This document shows positions 11,529 through 20,500 of a stretch of 64,000 bases of DNA, one piece after another; the first letter of the stretch is position 1; the number at the start of each line of letters is the position of its first letter. Below the pieces are notes generated by a model. That model was not told the origin of the DNA. It worked only from the letters and a program-made list of their open reading frames with translations, and searched no databases. A program made the position numbers and the translations under genes. Source of the DNA: Candidatus Aenigmatarchaeota archaeon (GTDB taxonomy: Archaea > Aenigmatarchaeota > Aenigmatarchaeia > GW2011-AR5 > JAGGXF01); contig JAGGVU010000019.1 in the NCBI GenBank assembly GCA_021157845.1, forward strand, positions 2,410-66,409. Direction: 5' to 3'.

Positions 11529-12157
11529 GTGAGAGTTCATATCGACCCCGCGTGTTGCGGCGTCGCTGTCGGCTCGCCCTCTCCTGGCTGTGCAGCAGCA
11601 GCCAAGGGTACCGGAGTTCACGGATTAAAAGGGCACGTTAGCTGGGTTTAGAACGGCGTGAGCCAGTTTGGACTATATCTGTTAGGGGTGCTTTTGTCTG
11701 AGAGTAAGGAAGAACAAGTACGAAAGGAACATTCTTCCGTGGCCTCTAGTCTACCAGTTGTCTGATAAGGCATCGCTGGGTAGCCACGCCACACGCGGAT
11801 AAGGGCTGAAAGCATCTAAGCCTCAAGCCGCTCTCGAAAATAGACAATGAGTGCCAGTAGAAGACTGGTTTGATAGGACAGGGGTGTAAGTATCAAGAAG
11901 AAATTCGAGATATTGAGCCTACTGTTACTAAAACTCACCAAAGCTAACCTTTAAATCAACTGAACCTGTGATTGTTTTTTTCTTTTTTTAAATTGTAGAT
12001 AAGTTTGATATTGCAGAAGCCTTTATAACTTAGAAGAGAAACAAAAAATAAAATCTACAGATAGAGAAGTTGCAATTACTCCGAAAGGTAAATCCTTTCT
12101 ATAAAGATTTATCTTTTACCTCAGTAATTTTTACAACTTTAGCATTTAAATAATTTA

Positions 12158-12604
12158 TTGTTATTAATTAGTGGTATGAGGAAAAAAGAAATTTTCATAA
12201 ATAAAAAATTTCTGGATGAAAATTATTGTGGAGACAATACTATATTTTCTTTAAAAATACCACTTTCCAGGTTTGGGTATATTCCTAAAGATGGGGGCAA
12301 TTTGGATATTGGTGAACGCGGGGTTAGAGAATTTCTTCTCGTCTACGAAAGGAAAATTCCGAGTCCAAAAGACGAACCAGAATTGTTTTCAGCGCCTCAT
12401 TATAAGCAAATTGTGTCTTTGACCGCAACACCCTGCGGAACAAACGGAATAGAAAACTTTTGGGTTAGTGAGATAAACGAACTTTGGCTAAAATATCCGA
12501 ATGCAACTGTTATACTGGCAACAAGAAATGAAGATGATAAATTTAGGAAAGAAAATGAGGAATGGTCAGAAAAAATAGAAGCTATAAGAATTGATTTTGA
12601 CTAA
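12158..12604 (+). CDS. hypothetical protein
   Basis: 148-aa ORF directly after the rRNA operon; no recognised motif. Confidence 0.3.
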   Translation: MLLISGMRKKEIFINKKFLDENYCGDNTIFSLKIPLSRFGYIPKDGGNLDIGERGVREFLLVYERKIPSPKDEPELFSAPHYKQIVSLTATPCGTNGIENFWVSEINELWLKYPNATVILATRNEDDKFRKENEEWSEKIEAIRIDFD

Positions 12605-12669
12605 AATTGGTTAAAATATAGCTTCTATGATAGAAATCTTTTTTAATGTTTCCTGCTCTATATATGTTC

Positions 12670-13004
12670 GGTAACTCGCTGAGCAACCGCCGTGCCTCAG
12701 GTTTTTCTGAGGCATGAGGAAGCTCTGTCCACCCAGAATGGTTTATAGCCATTCTAAAAGTATGGCCAAATTTTGGTTCAGGCGAGAGCCTGAGACTAAG
12801 AACAGAAACGATACTGGCTTCACACTGATTCGTGATGTGTGATTACTCTTCTTTCAAGGGAAGAGCCAGATGAAACGGCTTAGTCCATATGGGTGCAAGC
12901 TGTTTTAAAAGCGCATAGACAAATGGTTGCAACCCTGTTGATGACTTGTTCATAATGTAGAACAATGAAAGGGTTAACAAAAGACGGGCTACATCGAGTT
13001 ACCG
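12670..13004 (+). ncRNA. rnpB: RNase P RNA (candidate)
   Basis: P4-like strands GAGGAAGCTCTGTCCACCC and ACAGAAACGATACTGGCTTCA (compare E. coli ACAGAACCCGGCTTA). Closing helix GGTAACTCG / CGAGTTACC. Followed immediately by TTTTTTT. Confidence 0.55.
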
Positions 13005-13011
13005 TTTTTTT
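13005..13011 (+). terminator. oligo-T archaeal terminator after RNase P RNA
   Basis: TTTTTTT immediately 3' of the closing helix. Confidence 0.4.
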
Positions 13012-13103
13012 ATGTTCGGCAGCAAAAACTATGTGTGGCTGAGCTAGTTACAAACATAGATGCGACATCATTTTTCTGCAGATGTGCTCTAATAGTCGTA
13101 ATT

Positions 13104-13259
13104 TTAAAGAATAAGCGGCAATATTTTAACTAGTATTACAAAACCAATAGAGATAGCCACGACATGAACAGGCTTAAGCTGTATGCCTTCTTTTTCTTCG
13201 TCAAAATATCTTATTAGTCCTGCCTGTGTCATGGGCATTGATTTTTTCTCGGTTGCCAT
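13104..13259 (-). CDS. secG: preprotein translocase subunit Sec61beta (SecG), 51 aa; not in the ORF track
   Basis: Translation MATEKKSMPMTQAGLIRYFDEEKEGIQLKPVHVVAISIGFVILVKILPLIL. The AGLIRYFDEE motif plus a C-terminal TM helix is typical of archaeal Sec61beta. Confidence 0.55.
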   Translation of the reverse strand: MATEKKSMPMTQAGLIRYFDEEKEGIQLKPVHVVAISIGFVILVKILPLIL

Positions 13260-13544
13260 AGTTATCTATGCTCCTTAAAAACTTAAAAAGATTTATTTTA
13301 CCAGATAAATGTATTTGATTCCATATGAATTGCTAGATAATTTAAAATTTCCTGGAATTATTTCAATTTCTAGACAATATGGAAATTCAAGCGCTCCAAG
13401 GATTTTTTTATTTTTTGGATCAGCTTCAGGGCCCCTCTAACTAATTTAATGCAGTATTTCTTTTCTTATTCAGTTAATTCTATACCGCTCATTGTTTAAA
13501 ACGTTTAATTAACTTATTTAAATCGCTTTATAATAATTTATTTC

Positions 13545-14351
13545 ATGGTTCAGAATATATTTCTCGGTCCAGCCGGCTCTCCGGAGAAAAGTACAATAAG
13601 TGGAATTGAGACTATAAGAAAACTTGGGCTTCAGGCCATGGAAGTTGAATTTACATATGGCGTCAGGATGAGCAATGCGCTTGCAAAGAAAATTGGTAAG
13701 ATAAACAAAAAAGAAAAAATAAAACTGAGTGTGCATGCTCCGTATTGGATTAATCTTGCATCTACCGATAAAAAGAAAATTGAAGCAAGCAAAAAAAGGA
13801 TTTTAACATCATGCGAACGTGCACATTACATGGGTGCAAGTCCGGTTGTTTTCCACCCGGCGTTTTATGGAAAGCTAGAGAAAGAAAAAATTTACGATAT
13901 GGTTAAGACTGCTGTTATAGAGATGAACGACATAATTAAAAAAAACAAATGGTCTGTTAAATTGGCACCAGAAACAACTGGAAAACATTCACAATTCGGG
14001 ACTTTAGACGAACTCATAAAACTTTCAAAAGAGGTAAAATGTTTCATCTGTGTAGATTTTGCGCATATCTATGCACGGAATGGTGGAAAAATTAATTATT
14101 CTGATATCTTAAAAAAGATGAAATCATTGCGTCACATCAAACATTACCATTCACATTTTTCTGGTATTGAATTTACAGCAAAAGGAGAAAAAAGACATAC
14201 TATTATGTCAAAACCGGCTTTCAGACCGCTGGCTAAGGAAATTCTTAAGAAAAAAATGAGCATCACGATAATAAGCGAAAGTCCGGTAACGTGGAAAGAT
14301 TCTCAAAAACAAAAAAAGATTTTTGAAGATTTCGGGTATAAATTTAGTTAA
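13545..14351 (+). CDS. nfo: endonuclease IV (AP endonuclease family 2)
   Basis: 268 aa; VHAPYWINL, VVFHPA, LAPETTGK, CVDFAHIYA metal-ligand motifs. Confidence 0.8.
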   Translation: MVQNIFLGPAGSPEKSTISGIETIRKLGLQAMEVEFTYGVRMSNALAKKIGKINKKEKIKLSVHAPYWINLASTDKKKIEASKKRILTSCERAHYMGASPVVFHPAFYGKLEKEKIYDMVKTAVIEMNDIIKKNKWSVKLAPETTGKHSQFGTLDELIKLSKEVKCFICVDFAHIYARNGGKINYSDILKKMKSLRHIKHYHSHFSGIEFTAKGEKRHTIMSKPAFRPLAKEILKKKMSITIISESPVTWKDSQKQKKIFEDFGYKFS

Positions 14352-14377
14352 ATTTATACTAGATATATCATTCTTAT

Positions 14378-15088
14378 GTGATAAAAGTGAAAACACTAAT
14401 TATTGCAGCAGGTAGAGGAAAGCGATTAGCCATGAAAAAATGGCCAAAGTCATTGATACGAGTAAATGAAAAAACAATAATCGAAACTATTTTAGACGCC
14501 TGTAATAGTGTTGGCTTAGACGAGTTTGTTATTGTTACGGGTTATGAAGGAGAAAAAATAAAAGAAGCACTAAAAAATGGTAAAAATAAGATAAAATATA
14601 TTGAGAACCCAAATTTTTCAGAAAAAGAAAATGGGTATTCAGTTTATTGTGCTAAAGATGTTCTTAAAGAGAATTTCTTACTTTTAATGTCTGATCACAT
14701 AGTTGAACCCACTATTTTAGAAAAAATGGTAAATTATGAGATAGCGGATGGTTGTGCACTTTGTATTGACAAAGACCTAGAAAATATATTTGATTTAGAT
14801 GAAGCCACAAAAGTTTATGAGCAGGACAAAAAAATTTTAGATATAGGTAAAAAGATTAAATTATATAATGCTGTTGATACAGGATGTTTTTTTTGTACCC
14901 CATATATTTTTGAATCGTTAGAACAATCGATGAAAAATGGAACAACTAAATTATCTGATGCCATGAAATTAATGGCTTCAGAGGGGAAATTATTTTCTAT
15001 AGATATTACAGGAAACTTTTGGATAGATATTGACACAGAGGAAGATTTACAATGTGCTAGAAATTACTTAAAATCCTTAAAAGCCTAG
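14378..15088 (+). CDS. sugar-phosphate nucleotidyltransferase family protein
   Basis: LIIAAGRGKRL N-terminal NTP-transferase signature; 236 aa. Confidence 0.65.
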   Translation: MIKVKTLIIAAGRGKRLAMKKWPKSLIRVNEKTIIETILDACNSVGLDEFVIVTGYEGEKIKEALKNGKNKIKYIENPNFSEKENGYSVYCAKDVLKENFLLLMSDHIVEPTILEKMVNYEIADGCALCIDKDLENIFDLDEATKVYEQDKKILDIGKKIKLYNAVDTGCFFCTPYIFESLEQSMKNGTTKLSDAMKLMASEGKLFSIDITGNFWIDIDTEEDLQCARNYLKSLKA

Positions 15089-15963
15089 TGTTTAATCCCA
15101 GTCATAATTTTATTTAATATCTTTTCAAATTTTTTTTCAAATTTTTCATCATATTCAACTATAGGTTTTAGACGAACAAGAGCCTCTACGAATTTTTTAT
15201 CATAAGGAAGCTTCCCGAGAATTGATAATTTATTTTTATATGCAAATTGCTCTATTTTTCTGCTGAAATTTCTACTTAGATCATACTTGTTTATAATTAT
15301 TCCACAAGGAATATGAAAATTATCGAGGATCTGGAGACTTCTTTTCATGTCATGAAATGCTGAAGGTGTCGGCTCAGTTACAATCGCTCCATAATCAGAT
15401 CCTTGTATAGAGGATATAACAGGGCACCCAATGCCAGCAGCGCAGTCTATTAACATTATATCAGCGTTCTTTGCTACTTTTGATGCCGTATTTTTTACTT
15501 CTATAATTATTTTACCGCTTCCACTTTCACCCATTTTTAATTTTCCTGTAACTATTGGAAATCCGTGTGTTTGGCTCACACCTATATACGCATTTTTTAC
15601 TTTTTTAAGTTTTATAGCGTTTTCAGGACACACCAATAAACAGGCACCACATCCTTCGCATCGCATTTCGTCGAAGACCGGCCGTTCTTTATCCCACGAG
15701 ATAGCTGAGAAGTTACAAACATGAACACATTTTTTACACCCTATACATCTTTTCTTTATCAATACCGCTTTTTCGTTTGTTGAAATTTCTCTCCACTTAT
15801 AATCATTTTGGCGCAGGCCCAAAACCAGACCAAGATTAGGAGCATCAATATCACAATCAACCGCAATTATCTTCTTTTTTTTGGATAGAAGTACAGCCAA
15901 AGATGCTGTTATTGTTGATTTACCGACCCCTCCTTTTCCTGAAAGTATTGCTATTTTTTTCAT
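15085..15963 (-). CDS. MinD/ParA-family P-loop ATPase with inserted 2x[4Fe-4S] ferredoxin domain
   Basis: ILSGKGGVGKST deviant Walker A; CIGCKKCVHVC and CEGCGACLLVCP cysteine clusters. Confidence 0.75.
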   Translation of the reverse strand: MKKIAILSGKGGVGKSTITASLAVLLSKKKKIIAVDCDIDAPNLGLVLGLRQNDYKWREISTNEKAVLIKKRCIGCKKCVHVCNFSAISWDKERPVFDEMRCEGCGACLLVCPENAIKLKKVKNAYIGVSQTHGFPIVTGKLKMGESGSGKIIIEVKNTASKVAKNADIMLIDCAAGIGCPVISSIQGSDYGAIVTEPTPSAFHDMKRSLQILDNFHIPCGIIINKYDLSRNFSRKIEQFAYKNKLSILGKLPYDKKFVEALVRLKPIVEYDEKFEKKFEKILNKIMTGIKH

Positions 15964-16349
15964 CTAAACACCATACTTTTCATTTTTAGTTTCTTTATTT
16001 TACTTTTATTAATCATAAACAAATGACTTTCACAATTACAATCAGAACATCCAAATCCTTTGATTGGAACAGAAAACCCCATTAATTTTTTTGCAATTAA
16101 GCACTCTAGGTTTTTTGGACCTTTTTTAACCAAAACATCCTTCACGTTTGCATGCTCTAGCAGATAGTCTATATGCCAGTGTTTTTTCTTTCGCCTTTTC
16201 AAATGTCTTTTAACTCTTTGTTCAATTCCATTTTGGGCAGAACCCACGTAAACATACATGCCTCTCTTAAAAGGTATATGACCGAGTGAGCCAACTCTGA
16301 TTTTAATATTTTTCTCCAAATTTATGATAAGCGCATATATCCCTTTCAT
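15960..16349 (-). CDS. DUF123-type GIY-YIG-like nuclease domain protein with C-terminal Cys cluster
   Basis: GIYALIINL...GMYVYVGSA...KKKHWHIDYLL pattern; GCSDCNCESH; start and stop overlap the flanking ATPase genes. Confidence 0.5.
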   Translation of the reverse strand: MKGIYALIINLEKNIKIRVGSLGHIPFKRGMYVYVGSAQNGIEQRVKRHLKRRKKKHWHIDYLLEHANVKDVLVKKGPKNLECLIAKKLMGFSVPIKGFGCSDCNCESHLFMINKSKIKKLKMKSMVFR

Positions 16350-17191
16350 TGTTTGTTCATCTTCTCTATTTTTTCAGCAAGTTTTTCTATATTTTTGTCT
16401 TTTATTAATTCACCTTTGGAATATTGTTGTTGTATTTTTTTGCTATAAGGTATTTCTGATATCATTTCTACTCCGTAATTTTTAGCCATCTGCTTTATTT
16501 TACTTTTTTTTGCTATATCTGATCTATTTAGAATTATCTTTGTCGGTATATCTAATTTTTTTGTAAGTTGCAAAATTAAATCCAAGTCATGCTCTCCAAG
16601 AGGTGTTGGTTCTGTAACTGCTAATGCCAAGTTACATCCATCCAGCGCCGCGATAACATCACAATGTGTGCCTGCGGCAGTGTCTATTAAAATAAAATCA
16701 TAATTGCCTTTTATTTCTTTTTTTAGGGAATCTACAATAAGTTCAGAGATAAGTTCACCGGGCATTAATTCACCACTGAGAAAAGATAGATTTTGGTTTT
16801 TCCCCACAAAAATATTACCGACAGTTTTCGAAGATTTGGTTATAGCGTTTTCAGGACATACCAATAAACAGGCACCACACCCATTACATTGCTCTCTGAA
16901 AAATATAGGATATTTGTTTTTAACTTGGAGGATAGCATTAGCTTTACAAGCTTCAGAACATTTCCCACATTTTATGCACCTATCGAAATTCCATTTCGGA
17001 ATCATTTGTTTTACTTCTTTCAATTTTTTTCTTTCTATAGATAAAATCAGATGATCATTTGGGCAATCTACATCAGCATCTACCAGAAGAACGCTATTTT
17101 TTTTAGAAAGATATCCAGCTAACGATGTAGATATAACTGACTTCCCAGTTCCGCCTTTTCCACCTGTGATTGCGATTCTCATGGTTTTCAT
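16346..17191 (-). CDS. MinD/ParA-family P-loop ATPase with inserted 2x[4Fe-4S] ferredoxin domain (paralog)
   Basis: ITGGKGGTGKSV; CIKCGKCSEAC and CNGCGACLLVCP. Confidence 0.75.
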   Translation of the reverse strand: MKTMRIAITGGKGGTGKSVISTSLAGYLSKKNSVLLVDADVDCPNDHLILSIERKKLKEVKQMIPKWNFDRCIKCGKCSEACKANAILQVKNKYPIFFREQCNGCGACLLVCPENAITKSSKTVGNIFVGKNQNLSFLSGELMPGELISELIVDSLKKEIKGNYDFILIDTAAGTHCDVIAALDGCNLALAVTEPTPLGEHDLDLILQLTKKLDIPTKIILNRSDIAKKSKIKQMAKNYGVEMISEIPYSKKIQQQYSKGELIKDKNIEKLAEKIEKMNKQ

Positions 17192-17763
17192 GAATAATCC
17201 CCAATATTTTTAAAATCTTTGATTAGAATAGCTTTCATGCTCGGATTATATGCAGCAACAGCTGGGTGATACATTGCTACTATTTTTTCAATACCTACAA
17301 GATTAGCCAATGTAAAAACCCTTCCATGTATACTGCTTATTTTTTCTTGCTTCAATCTAAATTTATCAAAAATATATGATAATGCAAAATTTCCTAATGT
17401 AACAATAATCTTTGGTTGAATTATTTTTATTTGTTCATCGAGATAAGGGCTGCATGCCTTTATCTGCTCTGGAGATGGATTTGCATTATCAGGTGGCCGA
17501 CACTTTAATATGTTTGTAATGTAAATATCTTTTCTTTTTAACCCAATTGAGTTGAGTAATTCGTCAAATATTTTTCCTGCCCTGCCTACAAATGGTTTGC
17601 CTTGTTGATCTTCATTATAGCCAGGCGCCTCACCTATAAACATAATATTAGTAGTTAATGAACCTTCCCCGACAACAGGATTAGTTCTGGTTTTCCATAG
17701 ATTACATCGCTTACACAGATAAATCTTTTGTTTCAACGAATTCATTTCATCAATCATACCCAT
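17188..17763 (-). CDS. udg: uracil-DNA glycosylase, family 4 (Fe-S type)
   Basis: CKRCNLW...GEAPG...GKPFVGRAG...HPA family-4 motifs. Confidence 0.8.
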   Translation of the reverse strand: MGMIDEMNSLKQKIYLCKRCNLWKTRTNPVVGEGSLTTNIMFIGEAPGYNEDQQGKPFVGRAGKIFDELLNSIGLKRKDIYITNILKCRPPDNANPSPEQIKACSPYLDEQIKIIQPKIIVTLGNFALSYIFDKFRLKQEKISSIHGRVFTLANLVGIEKIVAMYHPAVAAYNPSMKAILIKDFKNIGDYS

Positions 17764-17801
17764 CTTTTACCATAAATTTCAATTATATTTGATGCCGATT
17801 C

Positions 17802-19268
17802 TCATACCCGTCCCATAACCATTGCTATACCGAGGCAGATTATAATCAATCCAGCGACTAGATGTAAATAGCGAATATTCTTGTCCTTCCATCCGGAAAC
17901 GTCTTCGACCTTCTTAATTCCGGCGTAGACAACTAATGTTATAGCAATCATAGGTAGAACAAAAATTGAGTTATAAATCAATAACCATGGTATGGTTTTC
18001 ATCAGCTCAAGCGCAGATAATATACCACTTGCTATGACATAAGGTCCGATTGTGCAAGGTAAAAGAAACACTGTTACAAACAACCCAACCACAAACGCGC
18101 CCCTCGGTGATGTCACTCTTGATATGATTTTCTTAACCTTCGGTCGCAACATCATAGGCATCTCTGTTCCAAGTCTGCCAGGTTTGTAGTGAAAGAAATC
18201 CCTCAGGTTTAGCAAACCAAGTATCACTGCGAGCAAACCAAGTATTTTATACAACCACAGTCTAATCGCGGCGAGTGCCTGTATAAGCTGGAAGAATCTT
18301 ATAATAACCAAGCCATAGAAAAGATACATGACGAAAACCGATATCGTGAAAGCCAAGCCAGCCAGCAGAACATTTCTTTTCTTTTTCGGATTGTAAGTAA
18401 GTATTGCTATTAGCATCAGTGTAAGCACAGCCAAGGCGCACGGATTCACTGCATCAACAGCTGCCAGCGAAACTATTTTGGGTAGAGTCAAGTCTTTTTT
18501 AGTTTCCTCCTTGTTACTTCTATCTGTCTCGTTTACATCATTAGTCCAGTTGCCACCCGTTCCATTATTCTCCAGACCATTCCCATTCCATTGAAATGTC
18601 CAGCCTTTTAGCTTTATTGCGTTGTCAAATTTCACGCTACTTCCGGAGAGTGGAGCAGGTTTTGCATCAGTTGTCTCATAGCTTTTATTATTCAGCAAAG
18701 AGCAAGGCGTTTCGGTTCCCAACAAATCTTTTAGTAGTTGATTATCTCCCCCTTCCCCTGTCTTTATCAGAATTCTATCCTTGGCCCATATCTTCGGCTT
18801 TCCGGGCAATGATACAATGTCCATCTGACTAAACGGAACAGAAGAACCGTTCAGCAATGGGCAAGGATTCCAGCTAAGATTATTAATTGTTTTTTCCGCA
18901 TTTTGCAAAATCGGGATGTCACCAATAATATGTTTATCCTTGCTAAATATTATTAGAGGAATTCCAAGGCCGGAATTATAGTTAGAATCATAACCATAGA
19001 GCAGTTGAGCATTGTCCCGCTCTTGATAAATTTCATACTCAATTATAACCAGATCATTATATTCGTTGACAAGTTCACTAAGAACGACAGGGTCTGCTCT
19101 TGCACAGTGTGGGCAACCTACACCCGTGAAATAAACAGCACATACAATATTTGTATTATTGGTTATGTTATCAGAATCAGTCGCGAGTGCAAAAGCCGCA
19201 AATGTAGTTATGATTATTGGAATCAAAACAAGTACTGACAAAGTTTTCATTTTTCTCACCCCCCACAT
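17802..19268 (-). CDS. thioredoxin-fold (CPHC) domain fused to CcdA/DsbD-type transmembrane disulfide-transfer domain
   Basis: Signal peptide; GVGCPHCA; C-terminal multi-TM with NPCALAVL and LPCTIGPY. Confidence 0.65.
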   Translation of the reverse strand: MWGVRKMKTLSVLVLIPIIITTFAAFALATDSDNITNNTNIVCAVYFTGVGCPHCARADPVVLSELVNEYNDLVIIEYEIYQERDNAQLLYGYDSNYNSGLGIPLIIFSKDKHIIGDIPILQNAEKTINNLSWNPCPLLNGSSVPFSQMDIVSLPGKPKIWAKDRILIKTGEGGDNQLLKDLLGTETPCSLLNNKSYETTDAKPAPLSGSSVKFDNAIKLKGWTFQWNGNGLENNGTGGNWTNDVNETDRSNKEETKKDLTLPKIVSLAAVDAVNPCALAVLTLMLIAILTYNPKKKRNVLLAGLAFTISVFVMYLFYGLVIIRFFQLIQALAAIRLWLYKILGLLAVILGLLNLRDFFHYKPGRLGTEMPMMLRPKVKKIISRVTSPRGAFVVGLFVTVFLLPCTIGPYVIASGILSALELMKTIPWLLIYNSIFVLPMIAITLVVYAGIKKVEDVSGWKDKNIRYLHLVAGLIIICLGIAMVMGRV

Positions 19269-19323
19269 AATTTGACTTTAAATATTTGTCAAATAAATTT
19301 TAATTTTTTGCTAATCTATGCAA

Positions 19324-19683
19324 CTATATTTTATGTTCGTCGCAACTGTTATCTCTTGTTGCCTTCTCGAGCTTTCCAGATTTCCAAAGATCAAATATTT
19401 CTTTGGCAGTTTTTGCTTGGCTTGTATAAACAACAATTCCAAGCTTTTCACAAAGCTCTATGGCACTTGGGCCAATCCCTTGGCAAAGCAGAATATCAAT
19501 ATTATGCTTCTTAAGCAGTTCTGGCGGAAGTCCTGTTCCTCCCATATGTGCGCTCTCATTATTCAAGGTTTCAACAATTTTTCCATCCTCATCTATAATA
19601 AGATAAAATTCACATCTTCCGAAGTGATACGCGACATCGCTATATAATCCTTTGTTTTCATCGATTGGGATCGCAATTCTCAT
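19324..19683 (-). CDS. NifX/NifB-like (dinitrogenase FeMo-cofactor family) small protein
   Basis: MRIAIPIDE...HFGRCEFYLI...GVD/IL.. pattern; 119 aa. Confidence 0.65.
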   Translation of the reverse strand: MRIAIPIDENKGLYSDVAYHFGRCEFYLIIDEDGKIVETLNNESAHMGGTGLPPELLKKHNIDILLCQGIGPSAIELCEKLGIVVYTSQAKTAKEIFDLWKSGKLEKATRDNSCDEHKI

Positions 19684-20483
19684 TTTAACACCTCTTTTAC
19701 AATAGTATTTACAATATGCTTAAATTCCTCTGCGGATTCAAACGACTCAAGGACAAATGGCTTTTTCTTTTCTGCGCATCTTGCTATCCCCGCATCCAAT
19801 TTCAGCCTGCCTAAAAATTTTACTCCGATATCTGCTGCGGCCTTTTCCCCACCCCCAGTTCCGAATATTTCTCCAGACATGTTTTCTATGATACCCAGGA
19901 CAGGTATCTTAAGTTTTTTTGCCATATTTACTGATTTTTTTGCATCAACAACAGCTACATCTGTTGGTGTTGTTACTACAATTATACCATCTGGTACAAG
20001 CTCTTGCATAATTGTTAAAGAGCTATCGCTTGTTCCTGGCGGAAGGTCAATAACCAAATAATCCAGTTTACCCCATTCAACCTGCTCCAAAAGTTGCATT
20101 ATGGCCTTGGAGAGCATAGGTCCACGCCAGATAATAGGTTGGTCCTCTCTTTCTTGGAGCGACGCAAATGAAACCACATCTATGCCATATTTTTTGATTG
20201 GAATAATTTTTTCATTTTTCACAGATAAATGCTCCTCTATTCCCATAAATTTATTTACATTTGGACAGTCTATGTCAGCATCAAGAAGTGCAACGCGTAC
20301 AGGCTTTGTTGGTTCAGTTTTTGCCAGCGAAACTGCGAGATTGACTGCAACTGTTGTCTTACCAACACCACCTTTGCCGCTCATTACAGCTATTTTATAT
20401 TTTATTTTTTTCATATTTGCTTTTATTATTTCTCTTCTTTTCTGCATCTCTCTGCGCAATTCTAGGATATCCATATCAATCAT
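19680..20483 (-). CDS. Mrp/NBP35/ApbC-family Fe-S cluster carrier ATPase
   Basis: IAVMSGKGGVGKTT, DADIDCPN, DYLVIDLPPGTSD. Confidence 0.8.
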   Translation of the reverse strand: MIDMDILELRREMQKRREIIKANMKKIKYKIAVMSGKGGVGKTTVAVNLAVSLAKTEPTKPVRVALLDADIDCPNVNKFMGIEEHLSVKNEKIIPIKKYGIDVVSFASLQEREDQPIIWRGPMLSKAIMQLLEQVEWGKLDYLVIDLPPGTSDSSLTIMQELVPDGIIVVTTPTDVAVVDAKKSVNMAKKLKIPVLGIIENMSGEIFGTGGGEKAAADIGVKFLGRLKLDAGIARCAEKKKPFVLESFESAEEFKHIVNTIVKEVLK

Positions 20484-20500
20484 CTATTTTTATCAACTTT

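Larger units (their letters stand above)
7400..11952 (+). rRNA. 23S rRNA interrupted by two LAGLIDADG introns
   Basis: GATGAAGG, CAGTTTGACTGGGGCGGT, AAGCTACCCTGGGGATA, GGGCTGAAAGCATCTAAG, 3' ...GCTAACC. The 5' boundary is approximate. Confidence 0.85.

Noticed and set aside
11953-12157. 5S rRNA downstream of 23S
   Set aside because: The 200-nt AT-rich spacer shows no 5S-like conserved helices. 5S is probably encoded elsewhere.
15431-17054. Plus-strand ORFs 15431-15724 and 16704-17054 containing 'SGHTNKQAPHP'
   Set aside because: Antisense to the ferredoxin domains of the two MinD/Fd genes. The shared peptide is just the reverse translation of the paralogous Cys-cluster region.
15085-17191. 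NifH/nitrogenase iron protein for the MinD-like ATPases
   Set aside because: The ferredoxin-type Cys clusters are inserted within a MinD/ParA scaffold, and the NifH signature and partner nifDK are absent.
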